Part shown: piece after piece, positions 33,920 to 47,500 of the stretch | How the letters are laid out: the number at the start of each line of letters is the position of its first letter | How positions within the stretch are numbered: the stretch's first letter is position 1 | Assembly (NCBI RefSeq): GCF_001949145.1 | Contig: NW_019091357.1 | Coordinates: 2,039,704-2,103,703 of the forward strand | Reading direction: 5' to 3' | Source of the DNA: Acanthaster planci | Taxonomy: Eukaryota | DNA length: 64,000 nt | Translations under genes and position numbers: made by a program | The notes under the pieces: generated by a model | The model's database searches: none | Told to the model about the DNA's origin: nothing | Seen by the model: the letters and a program-made list of their open reading frames with translations, nothing else

Positions 33920-36900
33920 TTAAATAACAGGAATGGCGGATCCCCAGCGAACAAAGACCAACCAGCCCCACAGCACGACCCCTACACCCATGCAGAACAC
34001 AGCCGGCCAACTGTACCACAAATGAAGAATGTACCCTGTGAGATAGGTGCCGGTAAAACCGGCAATGGCGCCTCCGCAGTTGGTGATACCTGCAGACAAA
34101 AAATTCAATAGATTGTAAAATTGGGAAGGGTAAAAAGTAAATTGAAAATGGCTGTTTGATATTTGGGCTTTTGCAATGAACTATGAAGGCATTGTTTCGG
34201 CAAGAGACAAAGAGATGGAACTTCGACAGGCTGGCCTTATCTGAAATGGCCACTGTTGTCTGGGGCTGAAGTCTGTTCACCACGAGTCCATCACAAGTCA
34301 TTCAACCTTGAGCTCAGTCAGGAGCTACTCAAATGAACCATAACAAAAGCACTCAGTCTTGTGACTGAGCTTGTTAATGGCTTGACTACAGCCCAGCTGT
34401 TGACTATGGCTATAGAAACCCACGGCGATACACTTGATGGTAAAATACATAGCCATAAAAGATACAGTTTGGACAAAGCCTTGACTAGATCGCCTCACTC
34501 TGGTCCTTGTACTGTGCACTCCGAACGCAGCTGTGTTCTGTCGACACGGCAAACAAAATAGAACGCTGACGTTTGTTGCAGAAAACTTTTGCGCTATACG
34601 TGCTGTGCGCTCGTGCTCTCTCTGGTTTCATTCAAAAAGGCATTGTTGGTTGTGCTCATTCAGCTGAAAAGTCACAACGTGATGCTATTTGCATGCACAC
34701 AACAGAGTATCACTTTTGTTTACGGCAACAAGATACCGTCGATTGTTCCTGCAGAGTTCAAAGGTCACTGCAGAGTCCAGAGAGACAGACACTGCTCATT
34801 CTGCTTACCGTAGACGGCGCCGGCATGCTTAGGGGCGATGTCTTGAATGTTGACTTGCACCCCGGTGTTACTGAAAGCTTGGCTTGCCACAGCAACGATG
34901 ATTAAAGCTAGGGCTGTGTTATAGTCCTTCACAAAGCAAAGGGCAATGAGACACGTGGCCATCCCTGCACAGGCTAATGTCTGAAATAAAGAAATTCAAA
35001 TAATATAGAGTACCGAAGTGAATATGTCACGTGCACAATTAGTGTGCAAAAGGCATCAGCGCGAGAACCAGCGTGCGTACTCCATTCGTTTGCACTGCAC
35101 TTTCTGGTTCACAGTGACGTCACACTTCGGTGCTCTATAGATCAGATCAGCGTAACTGCTAGACACGAAATCCATGATGTCTCATATCTTTTGTGAAGTG
35201 CACAACCTACACGAAATTATAAATAAAAAATAATGGATCCGACGGGTACGCTGCCCAGGTACGCAGACGTACGTCAATTGCATTGTGAGTCGTTCGTTAT
35301 AAATATTTATGCATTATGCTCCTTGAAAATTCATCAATCGCAAGATGTGTACCTACATGTATGCTTTTTCTGCAGAGGGCAACTGGACAGCCTAGAGAGA
35401 GGAGTTTAGTCGCTAGGAGGCCTGAGCTCAGAGAGGCTGGAATGGAGACTAACCATGGAAGCACATTAAAAACCCAGCCCTGTAAACAACACATGCATGT
35501 TGTGTGAAAGTAACAAATGACTGCATCAGAGACCAATCAACAGCTTACTGGAATTCGATACAATGAAAGCCCTTCATGACAACTTAAACCAACTATCTAC
35601 AAATCAGCGGAGAGTGTCATACCTTTTGTCCTGGGTACACTTCAGTAAAATAAGTCGGCGTCCACGAAATCAAGATAAAGAATAGGAAATTGGTACAGCT
35701 ATGTCCAACCAACACTGCCCTATTGAAGAATGAAAAGTAACATTAGCAACAAAGGCATCAAACCAAATGAAGAGCCATAGCATTCCCTTTATTTCTTAAA
35801 AACCTGCGGTAAAAACAAACTATCCACAAAATCATGGGTACGATATTCTTTTCTTTGGAAACGACGTTGAGTAGACCTGCGAAATGTCTCTCTCTTCCCC
35901 GTGGGAAGAGAACAAAATTTCCTCACCAAAATGGCTTCTTTGTGATCAGCTCCTTCCACGGGAAGTGAGCGCAACCCTGTGCCGTTTCTCCCTGCTCGGC
36001 TGTCTGTATCTTGATCACGCTCTCGTCCTGTCTGCCGTTCTGCAGCATGTAGACTGTCTTCTTGCGCCGCTTCCGGATGAACCATCGGACGCCCAGCCCC
36101 CAGGCAATCCCCAGGACGCCCACGAAATAGAAGACGGACTGCCAGTGGAAGTACAGCAGCATTACTGAGCCCACGGCGCCCGTAAAAAGAGTGCTGCAGT
36201 TGTACCAGAAGGGACAAATTTTTGTACTATTGGCTTTCTCGTCATGAAAGTAGGGATTCCTCATAAAAGCACACCACTTGCAGTCAAGTGTAACACCTAA
36301 TGGCAAGTCTCCACATCTTTACATTCCCCAACAACCGATGCCACCAACTCTCGTATTAGAATCAGTCGCCAGACTTCTATTTTGAAAGTATTCTGCCCTC
36401 CCAACTTTCACCTTTCAGAAGAGCTTCAGCAGCCATTTTGGAAGCAGTGAAATCCACTTTTCACTGCAAACTCTGAAGTACTCATGTTGGTTCAACTTGT
36501 ACAACCCCAAGTGGGAGTGCAGTGGCAGATGGGAGAGTGGGGCATGCAGAAGTGTTAAGAAGGAGAAGAGATTTACCCAGTTGACGAGGCAGCAAAGATC
36601 ACAGAGATGACAGATGGTTTGTCATCGACGCTGACCTTCTTGCTGATGAGGCTAGTCATCGAGGGATAGTGCACCCCTGAAAAACAAACAAGTTTCAAAT
36701 CAAGGACACTTTAAAATCAAACGTTTATCTCGGTGGCCTGACCCCACTTCCTTGGGGATGAGACAACGATGCGTTGCCTAGCGACGCTCTTTCCACTCAC
36801 CCTGGGTGATGCCCAACAGGAACCTGACAAATGCCATAGAGAAAACTGTTGCTGCTTTTGAGGAGTAGAAGTAAGGCACGTCTGCTGTGATGATGGTCAC

Positions 36901-39204
36901 CACTCCCCAGATGAGAGCTGCTCGGTAGAGGACAAGGTCACCGCCAATCTTATCGCTAAGATAACCTCCTGGGATCTGGGTAAAGGGATAACCCCACAAG
37001 AAACATGCAAGCACTAGACCCTGGTGAGAAAGAGAAAATCAAGAGATCAAGCCTAAAGAATAAAAACTAGTAATTATGGAATGACAGCCTAGAAAATATG
37101 TAACTTGAAACCTGGAGATGTACTTCAACTAACCAGACGTTTTACAGAAAAAGAACGACTCAAGATTCAATTCAGAGGGGGAAAATAATTTTAAGAAATG
37201 GATTTTTGGAATGGTTGCAGAAAGTATGTTTTAATTCATTTCCCAAAGTTTAATCCCAATAAGACTTCAGCAAGCTTCGCTAGGGCAATTCCTGGATATA
37301 TAGTCTCAAAACTGTTTTTTTTGAGCTTAGATCCTACGACATATTATTTCTAGAGCTATGCCGAATATCCAAATATTCGATCAATTATCAAATATTTGAA
37401 TATTATTTTCCGATTGAATATTCAAATGCAAAATTCATGAAAAGGGAGAATTTTCTTTTGCTTTAAATGAGAATAACAGCACTATGGAGGCTTGTTTCAA
37501 GCTTATTCAAATGAAAAGCAACAGAAATCTTACAACAATTCAAAAAGTAAATTATCCACTAAAAATTCAAAAGAAATAGAAATTTTCAATTGACTTTAAA
37601 AGAAATATTGTTCGTCTCTTAAATCTTGCTAAATCGTGGCTGGAGATGTGAGAAGCTATTATATTGATTATAACATACAATTGTGTTAATCATTGCAATC
37701 CGCCACTCGGTAAGACCAAATATTGGGGTATTCAATCAAATTGAAAGTCAAATATTCGAATAGTTAATTATTGGAATTGACTTAGCCCTATTTATTTCAA
37801 CCCATGTACAGTCCTACCTCCCTGCTGAATACAACCATTCCATTTTTCCCCAGCTTGACCGCATTTACCGTTTCAGCTTTGTCCCAGCCAAACTCCCTTG
37901 CAACGCTCACTGCACAGAGAGGTAGAATGGTCCGCGCGGAATACAGGATGGTAGAACCAACCAAGAGGATGACGGTCCATTCTATTCTCTCATGTCTGTA
38001 CATGCCACAGGGTGGAAAATGATGTATCATGAACAATAAATAGGTATTCCATGTCATTCTACCATATATGATAGGCCCTCGGTATGCAGCTTTGCTATAT
38101 GATAGGGGCCTACTGTATGTCAATACATGTAATTGTACTCGTTCGTTGTAATTCACAGTTGCAGAAGAATTTACAGTTGTGGAAGATTGGTGCAAGAAAG
38201 GGAGGTTAGGTCAGATTGGCTGACAGTGGAATGCAATCACACGGTCATGCTGATTGACCAATCGTACCAAACCAACATCTAACTCCTAACAATCACCATT
38301 TTAATATCCGACTGTTATCATGATCACCACTAATCTCCAGCTACACAAGATCACCACCGCAAGGCATCATCACTACGAATATGATCATTCCAATCAACAT
38401 AAGAAATCCTCACCTCCAAATGATCAAGATAGGCCTAAATGTCATTATGTCAATAATCATGACAATCAGGTCAAAACAACTGTCGGGAAGAGTTCCATAA
38501 ACGGATGCCTGTAATTACTCCCTACAGTGACCTATTAGCCGTCAGAAACAAAAAAAGTCCAGAAAAGTTCAATATAGGAGGGACAAAAACAAGTCGTTTA
38601 CTTAGAAAACATTTAGAAATTTTCAGACCAGTCTCGGGGGTTTGTGCACAGGGTGTAAAGGGGCATCCGTTTATGAAACACTTCCCCAACTATCAACAGA
38701 GGTCCCCTACATTGCTGTTGCCTCAGTTTAAGTAAAAACATGGAGGAAGATAAAGATATGAATGCACCAACAAAGGTATGCTTGAGCCAAGCCCTTGCCC
38801 TCCAACACCAAGTTAATTAATGCATATCGTCTGTCATTGTTGGTTAACATTTTGTGTCAATCTCAACTTTCTACTAGCATCCAAACTAGTGTAATTTGAA
38901 CTGAAATTCTCAATCAGCCAATGCCATATGGATCGACTAATGCTGTCCTCCACTAACCTTCCCCACCCGTCTTGATAAAAAGAAAAAGTCCCGCCACCCA
39001 ACAGTTGTGACAATGACCCGCCCACTTCCTAGTGCCCGACCATGCCACATGGCGTATGCACATGACACACCGTACACGCTGGCCCTACCACCACACCTTG
39101 TCCAAAGACCTGAGTCTGGTCCATCGTCTGACTTCAACCTGATCTTTACGAATTTCGACGGATGTAAGCTAGGGGCTGACTTTGACTTAAGCATACTCGG
39201 CCTC
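33920..39204 (-). CDS. SLC17A9: Solute carrier family 17 member 9 (vesicular nucleotide transporter, MFS)
   Basis: Minus-strand exons 39204-39097, 37995-37869, 37020-36801, 36676-36577, 36193-35927, 35719-35623, 35479-35357, 34980-34809, 34089-33920 (TAA), all phase-consistent. Motifs YSARTILPLC..EFGWDK, FLWGYPFTQIPGGYLSDKIGG, RFLLGITQGVHYP, FFILISWTPTYF, GWVFNVLPWLVSIP and VNIQDIAPKHAG match SLC17A9. In-frame ATG at 39194; the first exon is ambiguous (see findings). Confidence 0.93.
35004..35139. mobile_element. Small MITE in a SLC17A9 intron
   Basis: TIRs TATAGAGTACCGAAGTG / CACTTCGGTGCTCTATA. Confidence 0.6.
37351..37790 (+). mobile_element. hAT MITE, full-length, in a SLC17A9 intron
   Basis: Ends TAGAGCTA... 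/ ...TTAGCCCTA; 8-bp TSD ATTATTTC/TTTATTTC (1 mismatch); homologous to 62705-63163 and 12960-13153. Confidence 0.8.
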
Positions 39205-39849
39205 CTAAAACAGCACTGGGCCTTCTTAAAACTTAGCCCCAGCAGTAATCTCAGTAAACCTTGAAAACATGGAGAACCTGAGATCCCTTTTCATATATTT
39301 CGCCACGTACAATTGCTATACTGTACGTGTACAATACATCATGTACATGTACTCTACGTGTACGGCGTCTGGCTTCCGGTACATGTAGCGCAAAGCACAT
39401 GTTGTGTATACGACACACATGAACTTGCCTGAGTCGGTAATCAGATCTACGAGTTGACCTCATGACCTGTAAACATTATAAACCGAGTTAACAGCCGTAA
39501 ACCGCGCCCCGATGACTGGAATTTAAAGGTCAAACTGATCACACATGCGCACTTCATACATGTGTTAGAAACTGGAGGTTCACACGTGTTGGATAGAAAG
39601 AGAGCTGTGTTCCACCGTTTATTTTCAGGCATCTTTCCCGTGGAATAGTTATGGTAATTAGGCCTAACACTCTTATGCATGTACGCAGTACCACCATGTA
39701 CACTGTGTGGTCTGAAAACATTTGATTCTTATTTTTTCTGAAATAAAATAGGCCAATTCAAGATTGTCGTTCATCGGCTTTGCAACGAACTGTCAGTCAT
39801 TCTTACCAGTAATGGTCAGCTGGCATGGCTGGTTTCCTGCATTTGTTTT

Positions 39850-40146
39850 TGTTACGCCCCAACTTAACTATACCGTCTGTCCCAACTATCCCCACTGTAT
39901 GTAGTGTTGTAGTTGGGCTGGCCCAACTATTGTTGAACAATTTCTATAGAAATTTTCTCAACCTTATCCAAGTTTGTACATCTTACACCTAACACACTTC
40001 ATGCAGAATATATCATCTGTGACGTGACACTGCTGGACACATGCACACTGGACTTCTGTGCTGTAATTGGGCCGGCCCAACTATTGTACTCTAGTTAGGA
40101 CAGGTCCAACTATAGCTGGGACTGCTGTTATAGTTGGGGCGTAACA
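39850..40146. mobile_element. TGT...ACA element (Ginger-like non-autonomous transposon or solo LTR)
   Basis: Perfect 15-bp TIR TGTTACGCCCCAACT / AGTTGGGGCGTAACA with imperfect extension; flanked by TTTT on both sides (possible 4-bp TSD). Confidence 0.65.
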
Positions 40147-41125
40147 TTTTCACACAGTCACATGGTCATGGTTTTCACAATGCAGCCCGCCGCGCCACAA
40201 GCAACATTATAGCCCAGGCTCACTGTAGACTGTCAGAAAGTAGAATGATCATCTAGCATGTCTAGTCTCGGCCTGACATTGCCTAAGTGACTAAGGAACT
40301 CCATTCGCTCGTTCAGTCTTTGTGGGCATGCAGAGCCTCAATCTGGTAGCTTTACACAGTAAATATAGCCAGTTTAGTGATTCCCGTGTACGTTGCGTAT
40401 GTACTTTTGCATGTGCTGGGTTGGTTCTTATACAATGCGATTGCACAAAGTGATTCTGACGCGATCGTACCAGCTGCCAGTTCGAGGCTCTGCATGCCCA
40501 TGGCGAATAGAAAATTGATCTATCCCCAGAACTGTGGGTTGGTCGTCCACCATCATGCTCCCACCCAGACAATGAATCCCACAATTCAGGGGGGGGGTNC
40601 CGACACTGCTGGACACATGCACACTGGACTTCTGTGCTGTGATTGGGCCGGCCCAACTATTGTACTCTAGTTAGGACAGGTCCAACTATAGCTGGGACTG
40701 CTGTTATAGTTGGGGCGTAACATTTTCACACAGTCACATGGTCATGGTTTTCACAATGCAGCCCGCCACAAGCAACATTATAGCCCAGGCTCGCTGTAGA
40801 ATCTCAGAAAGTAGAATGATCATCTAGCATGTCTAGTCTTGGCCTGACATTGCCTAAGTGACTAAGTGACTGGTAGCTTTACACAGTAAATATAGCCAGT
40901 TTAGTGATTCCCGTGTACGTTGCGTATGTACTTTTGCATGTGCTGGGTTGGTTCTTATACAATGCGATTGCACAAAGTGATTCTGACGCGATCGTACCAG
41001 CTGCCAGTTCGAGGCTTTGCATGCCCATGGCGAATAGAAAATTGATCTATCCCCAGAACTGTGGGTTGGTCGTCCACCATCATGCTCCCACCCAGACAAT
41101 GAATCCCACAATTCGGGGGGGGGGG
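40026..41125. repeat. Near-identical ~0.55-kb tandem duplication joined at an N (40599)
   Basis: 40026-40597 vs 40602-41125; a few SNPs and a ~45-bp indel; single N at the junction. Confidence 0.9.
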
Positions 41126-41593
41126 TTTTAGGGAATACCTCAATATTTTCCCAGTTAAATTTTACTTTCTAGGGCATGTTATTGCTTTCAGACATAACCC
41201 CAGAACAGTGGGGTCCGACATCCACCCCGTTCCCACGAATGATGTCAGACCCCACAGTTCAGTTGCAGGGGTATTCAGACATGTCAGATAGGGGTAGTCT
41301 AACGGGGAGGGGGGGGGAATTAGTGGCATCTGTAGGTCTATATGGAATTCTTTCCCAGTCTCTTCTTAATAAGTTTTTAAAAAAATGAATTTGTGGAAGC
41401 TGCTAGGTTAATTGGGCCTTCATGTCTTTCCCATAAATGCTTTTGCTTGTCGTTACATCCACTCGCGGTTTAACCTTTCAATAGTAACAAGCTTCGTAAC
41501 GCTCGTTCATGTCATTAGCATTTAGCAAAGCAGCCAAACATTTCCTGTGTTTCTTGGTCATTGGTGTTCATTCCGATCTCTCCTGTCTTTTAG

Positions 41594-44500
41594 CCAGGGC
41601 GAAAGAAAAAGCCCTTCATCGACCGCAAGAAAGCGGTGAGCTTTCATCTTGTCCATCGCAGTCAGCGAGATCCTCTGCAAGCTGACGAAGACAGCTCCAA
41701 GTTTGTCCTCTTGCAGAAAGAGAATGCAAAAGAAAAGGTATAACTATCACACCGTAACAGTTTTGAAGAGGAGTCAGGTGGCTGCCTCAAGACTCGGAGC
41801 TTGAAAAAAGTAGTCTTAAGTTTTGTTTGGACGGTAACAATAGTTTGCCCGCTTAATGGACCATTTGTCATCATGTCTGGTATCCACTTGGACGGGTTGT
41901 CATAGCCTGAAAATGCCTCAAGACAGGCAGCATTAACAATGGACACGTGGTCACAATAGACTGGTGACCACAAAAGAAGGGTGTACACACCACAAATGTG
42001 GCCAAAGTGTTCACATGCACAGGTGCCTACAATTACAGGTGGCCACAAGGGACAGGTGCACTCCAGTGTGGTCAAATATGTGACAAAGTCCCCAGTGTCT
42101 TTCCTGTGAACTTCAACTTAGTGCCTGGTTGATGTCCTGTAGAATTTTGAAAAGAGTTGCAAAACGGCAAAGATTTTTGACCGGATTTATCTTGCAATTA
42201 AACATTTTTGGAACATCCTGGTCCTCAGGAGCAGCACGATGAGCGGAAGGCCGAAGAGCGAGCGCATGGGGTGTTCTACGATGACGACTACGATTACTTG
42301 CAGCATCTGAAGGAGGTCAACCCAGAGTGTGTCTGGTCTGACCCCACCCTCCCATTTCATCAAGAACAGAGGCCGCATGTCGGCGTTGAAAGCTCTGCAC
42401 AGGTAGGTGTGACAGTTTTTGATCTTGTTGCTGTATCAACTTTTGAGAATCTTAGGAAATGGGCCAAACATTTTTGCCAGTCTGCAGGTCCCCATGATTC
42501 AGAATTGAAATCGGGTTTCATTTTCATTACATTGAGATGCTTAAAACCATTGACTGGCGTGTTTTTTTACTTAGATTTATTGCCGTTTCTGATACTTTTT
42601 GTTAGATTTCAAGGCTTGGCCTTCCAGCAGAAGTGTTTCCATCAGAGACGGAAGAAAATGTCGGTCTACTCAATAAAGCTGCCCCAGTTAGTGGTATGTA
42701 CTGTGAAGCGTAACATCCTGTGTCCCTCAGCAGGCCCCTTTACAACAATATCTTGACCTACATTGAGCAAATTTTGATTCCGAAGGTAGACGCAAGTAGT
42801 CGATGTTAGGAAATAGCCACCCATATTAATAGACATGGCGTTTGGGCTTCCACTGTTAATTCTACGGTTCTCCTTTTTTTTTAACCTTAAGGAAGACTTG
42901 TTGGTTCAGAAAAATTTATTTGCTTGTCCCCAGAAATCTTTTTAAAAAACTCTTTGTAGAATATTTCAGACTTAGTCCGCAACACAAATTTTTTTCCCTT
43001 GGTCAGAGCCACAAATAGGGGTGGATCAGAAATGAGAACCATAAGATTGTCTACAGGTGCCCTTAACCCTAACTCCAGAGCCTTTATTTGAATCTTTCCT
43101 CAGGCAACTTGAGTCAAATTCTTTTCATTCCAAGGGAGCATTGAACCCCCATGGGGAATGCAAATAGTTTGGCGCTAACTTCGTCGATCCTACTCAATGA
43201 ACAAGCAACGATATAGAGGAGTTACGTTTATAAAGAAACCCAAGTGACGAGCGGCTACAAACTAAAATTGAATGAGGGTGTGTGACAGGGCCTGGCAAAG
43301 ACCAAGTTGACTTCCACTGACCTGCAGTGTGTGTCTCTGTGATCTGTTTGAAGGACCCCGGCTGGACCTTGACCCTGATGTCGTGGCAGCGATGGATGAA
43401 GATTTTGATTTTGATGATCCCAATAACCAGCTGGAGGACGACTTTATACTCAGGGCCCAAGGAGAACAAGGGGATGGCGAAAGGTACTAGGTGTACGTGT
43501 AAGCCTTTGAAGACTGCTTTGTTTGGCTCTTTGAAATCCACATTTCAGCTTTTTAAGCTTGCTTGAACTCTATTTTGGAGGATGGATTTACAAATGGAGC
43601 TGAAACTGCTTTTCACCCAGTAAGCCAGTGAATACATTATATTTGGTATATTTCATTTAGCCAAGGTGACCGGTAAGAAAAGGGTTTACCTCAACAATGG
43701 ACTGGTTCCTTTTGCTCCTTGAAAATTGTATTGAAGACCTGATGACAGATAAGCACCAGACTTAGCACTGTGCAGTTTTTCAGTTTACCGTTGGGTTGAC
43801 AATTGAATTCAACAAAATACATGTACAAAAGCATTCAGGACTGTGGGTAATGTTGATTGCGCCATTACGGGATTTTATTGATATCTGCCTGAATTCTGGT
43901 TTGTAGAGGCTTGTTGGAAGGCGATGGTGACTACGAAGGCGAGTACGGGAGCGAAGAAGATTACTCGACAGATGGACTCGAAGATGAAGATCAGGATGAC
44001 GTCAGTGATGATCTGAAGACATTCCGAGAGGAAGAGACCAAATCCCACTTCACCAACTACTCCCTGACGTCGTCCGTCATGAGGAGAAACGAGGGACTAA
44101 CGTTACTAGACGACAGATTTGAGAAGGTAGGGATGAGTGAACATCAAATTTTCCCAGTGTCTTGATATCAAACCTGTTCATTACTAGCTCACAGTCTAGT
44201 TTCCTGTACTATCTGCCAATAGTCAGAAAACTGTACTAGCATGTGAAATTAATTTGTTCTTTTTTTCTCTTTCTTAAGGAAATTTTTCTTTCTTTTTGTA
44301 AATAATTATTTCAAAGGGAAAACAAAAGCAGAGACTTTTAAACAATGTTCAAATTTGAATGCTAGATGAAAATTGAGTAGGGGGTATTTCCAATTGAATG
44401 CCGTATTAAAAGAAGGCCCCAAAGGAATTAATTAACTCTCCTGGTCCTAAATGGTTGAGTAGGGCCTTTCTTTCAATGAGGTATTCAATTGGAAACTCAT

Positions 44501-47500
44501 TTGGTTTCAATGATTTGGTCGTAGTTTTACGAGCAGTATGATGACATGGAGATTGGAGCTCTGGACCACGATGAGATAGACGGTCATCGAGAGGTTACAG
44601 CCGACAGTGCCATCATGAAACAGGTCTTGGATGAATACGAGGCCCGTCAACAGAAGAGGTCAGTTTTTATGCAATCTCTTCATTGTCAATGTGGCGGAAA
44701 GTTTGGATTGAGCCCTGCTCTGAACATGCTGTCTCCTCTCTACGAACAGATATGCGACAAAGTGGGAACGAGGTGTCCCCGATGAGGAAAATTTTCCTCT
44801 GTCGTAATCTAGCCTGAGGACAGCCAGCTTTGGCTCAGAACCTCCTGGGAACCGTGCTTGTTACCGTCTTTGAATATCTTGACTCCGAGTTTCATCGAGG
44901 GGGTCACGTTGCAGTGGAGTGGATTGGTCAGTTTGGTAGAAGTTAGGAATGTGCACTTCTCCTGTGAGACAGATGTTCTCGTTCCTTCCACTCTTGAAAA
45001 AAAAAAGTTAAGTTTTTTTCTCTTCCAGTTTCCTTGGCGATATCAGAAATGTAGGCAAAGTGGAAGATGGCAATCGTCTCCAAGTCGATGCCAGTGATGA
45101 TGAGGATGAGGACGATAATCTCGTCAAAATGACCGTGACAGAAACGAAGAAGGAAGAGCGATGGGATTGCGAGTCCATCTTGAGTACTTACTCCAACCTC
45201 TACAACCATCCGACGACCATCAAGGAACCTCCCAAGGTAAGGCCAATGGGACGGACATCATTGAGTGTTGGAAAAACAACTTTCACTCGCTTGAACGCTA
45301 ACATCACCAAGGAGTATTCAACTTTCCCTAGTTAGCAATCTTTAAAATGCTGGGACAAACAAACGAAATCAGCCTCAGGTGTCTTCCTTTGACCTTTGAC
45401 CTAAACATCCTGTGCCTTTTAATTTCAACTTCAGAGGGGCATCAAGCCCCCATGCCAATGTCAAAACCTTTGGCAATTGTGGTTTTGTCACATTTCGTAT
45501 AATTGAGCATATCTGGTAATAACACCAAGGATTCCTCAAAAGCACTCTAGGCACTGTAGCTGGCAAGCCTGAAGAAACCTGTAGAGAGGAGGCCATGGGA
45601 GGCGGTTACAGTTTTAGAGGTGGGAGGAAAACCCCAGAGGAATATTCTGGGTAAAACCCACGGAATTAGGTAGGGACTGAAAACCCAATCCACAGGTGGA
45701 CCGGGCCGGGATTCGAACCTGGGCATCTGAGGTGAAAAGACAGTTGTTCAGTTGGACACTACATCCATTTTCCTTGGCAGAATAAATCCATCAAGCTGTC
45801 CAAGAAGACGGGAATGCCTCTAGACGTCCTGCCGACACCAGGCCCAACCAAGAAACAACAGGAGAGGGAGCTGCACGACGAGTACACCTTGCCGTCCGTC
45901 GCTCCCTCCAGACCCAAGGACAAAAAGGAGACCTCAGAGGAGAGACGATTGAGGAAGCAGGCTGTCAAACAAGACCGGAGGGTAAGGCATTAGGGTTGTT
46001 GGTCAGTTGGCCTGTCTCCCTGGCTAGTTATTTGTCAATAGCTTGAGAGAACTGGCCGTCAAGTAACCCTACCAGATGCAAAGGAAATTTGGATTAGTTT
46101 CGTCTGGCTGCTTGTCAAACTTGGCAGGGGTTCATAATGAGTTTTCTTTGCCCGCTTGTTCCCATAGTTTGGTTGGACTGTTCGTTTGTCTGTCATATAA
46201 GAAGGTGCAAAGGAAAGTGAAGCTAGTTTAAACATTAATAAGTACAAGCAGTATTTGGTGGAGCATTCCAAGGGTGCTGTGAGGTGCTAGTAATGCGTTG
46301 ACAGGCCATCCTTTTGTGCATTTGTAAATAAGCATTGTGTGATTTAAACTTGAATAAAATCTGGTACACCGAGTTATCTGATTACACATAAACATAACAA
46401 TTTGAATTCCCCAGACTAAAGACACTGTTGCTGTATCTTGTGATTCGGGGCAAGCATTTGCATAGCGACCACCATCTCTGGAATGGACTGGTTCCTTGGT
46501 GCCCTTCTTATCCATTGAAACAGTGCATTTGTGCAAGGCGTTTCTTATGTAACTAAGCAAAAGCTTGCTCCATATCACGAGGTATAGCAACAGTGTCTTT
46601 AGTGTGGAGAATTCAAATTGTTATGTTCACATGAATTTTAGTCAAATTTAACTCACAAAACAGCAAATAATGTTCGCGGTATCGCATCACAATTCGCGAT
46701 GCGGTTTCAGCCAAGTTGCTACGCACTTTTTTAACGAATTGCAGTTACTACGATGCAACCGGAAACATGAAAATAAAAGTGTCCGTTTTCGTGGCCACCT
46801 TGGATTCGTTGTTTTCCTCTTCACAAAAGCTTATCAAAAGTGGTAAAAAGTAAACAACTACATGTACCGGTGACATGATTTTTTGCATTGTTAAGAACAT
46901 GTAGAGTACGGTACAGTGCTTTTCGTACAAACTTGCGTGTATAAAGTACGCTGTACATTTAGCAGAGTAAACTGTAAAATACCTTTGTGTCTGGGTACCA
47001 AGCTCATTGGTTATTGCATGCGTGATGCAGCGGAGCTTTGACGGCCGGAAAGTGCAGCTCGATGACTGTTTTGTGACTTCAATATGAGTGAATTTTACCT
47101 GGTACGTGTGTGTACTTTTTGCATTATAAGACGCCAGGCAAAATCGTTGATTGGTTAAGAAATCGCCGTTCCCTGAACTTGTAGGAACAAAGCATCAGAG
47201 TCCTGTGCACATTGGGGTGATGTATATTCATGTTGTGTTGTGGCGTGATTGGTTGAAAGAAGGAACTTACTGTCTCGGCGATGTTTACGGGCGAGAGGGT
47301 GGCACTCTGCCAGGTGCTTTAATACTAAAACTCAGCTTAGACCAACTTATCGATTAATTGTGCCATTTTCCAAGTTTTATCAAACATGAAAAGAATAAAA
47401 AGAATGAATAAATTCAAAGGAAAATCATGTTTGTACAGGAATCTCGACTTTTCAATGACGACTAATGTGATGCACCCGCCTAGTATACATTTATGTCGTA

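Noticed and set aside
40026..41125. Tandem duplication giving twin ORFs (40377-40670 / 40904-41131 and minus-strand pairs) as a duplicated gene
   Set aside because: Near-identical copies meet exactly at a single N after a G-run, typical of two haplotypes or overlapping contig ends joined in scaffolding. The ORFs show no recognisable protein features. Long reads would decide.
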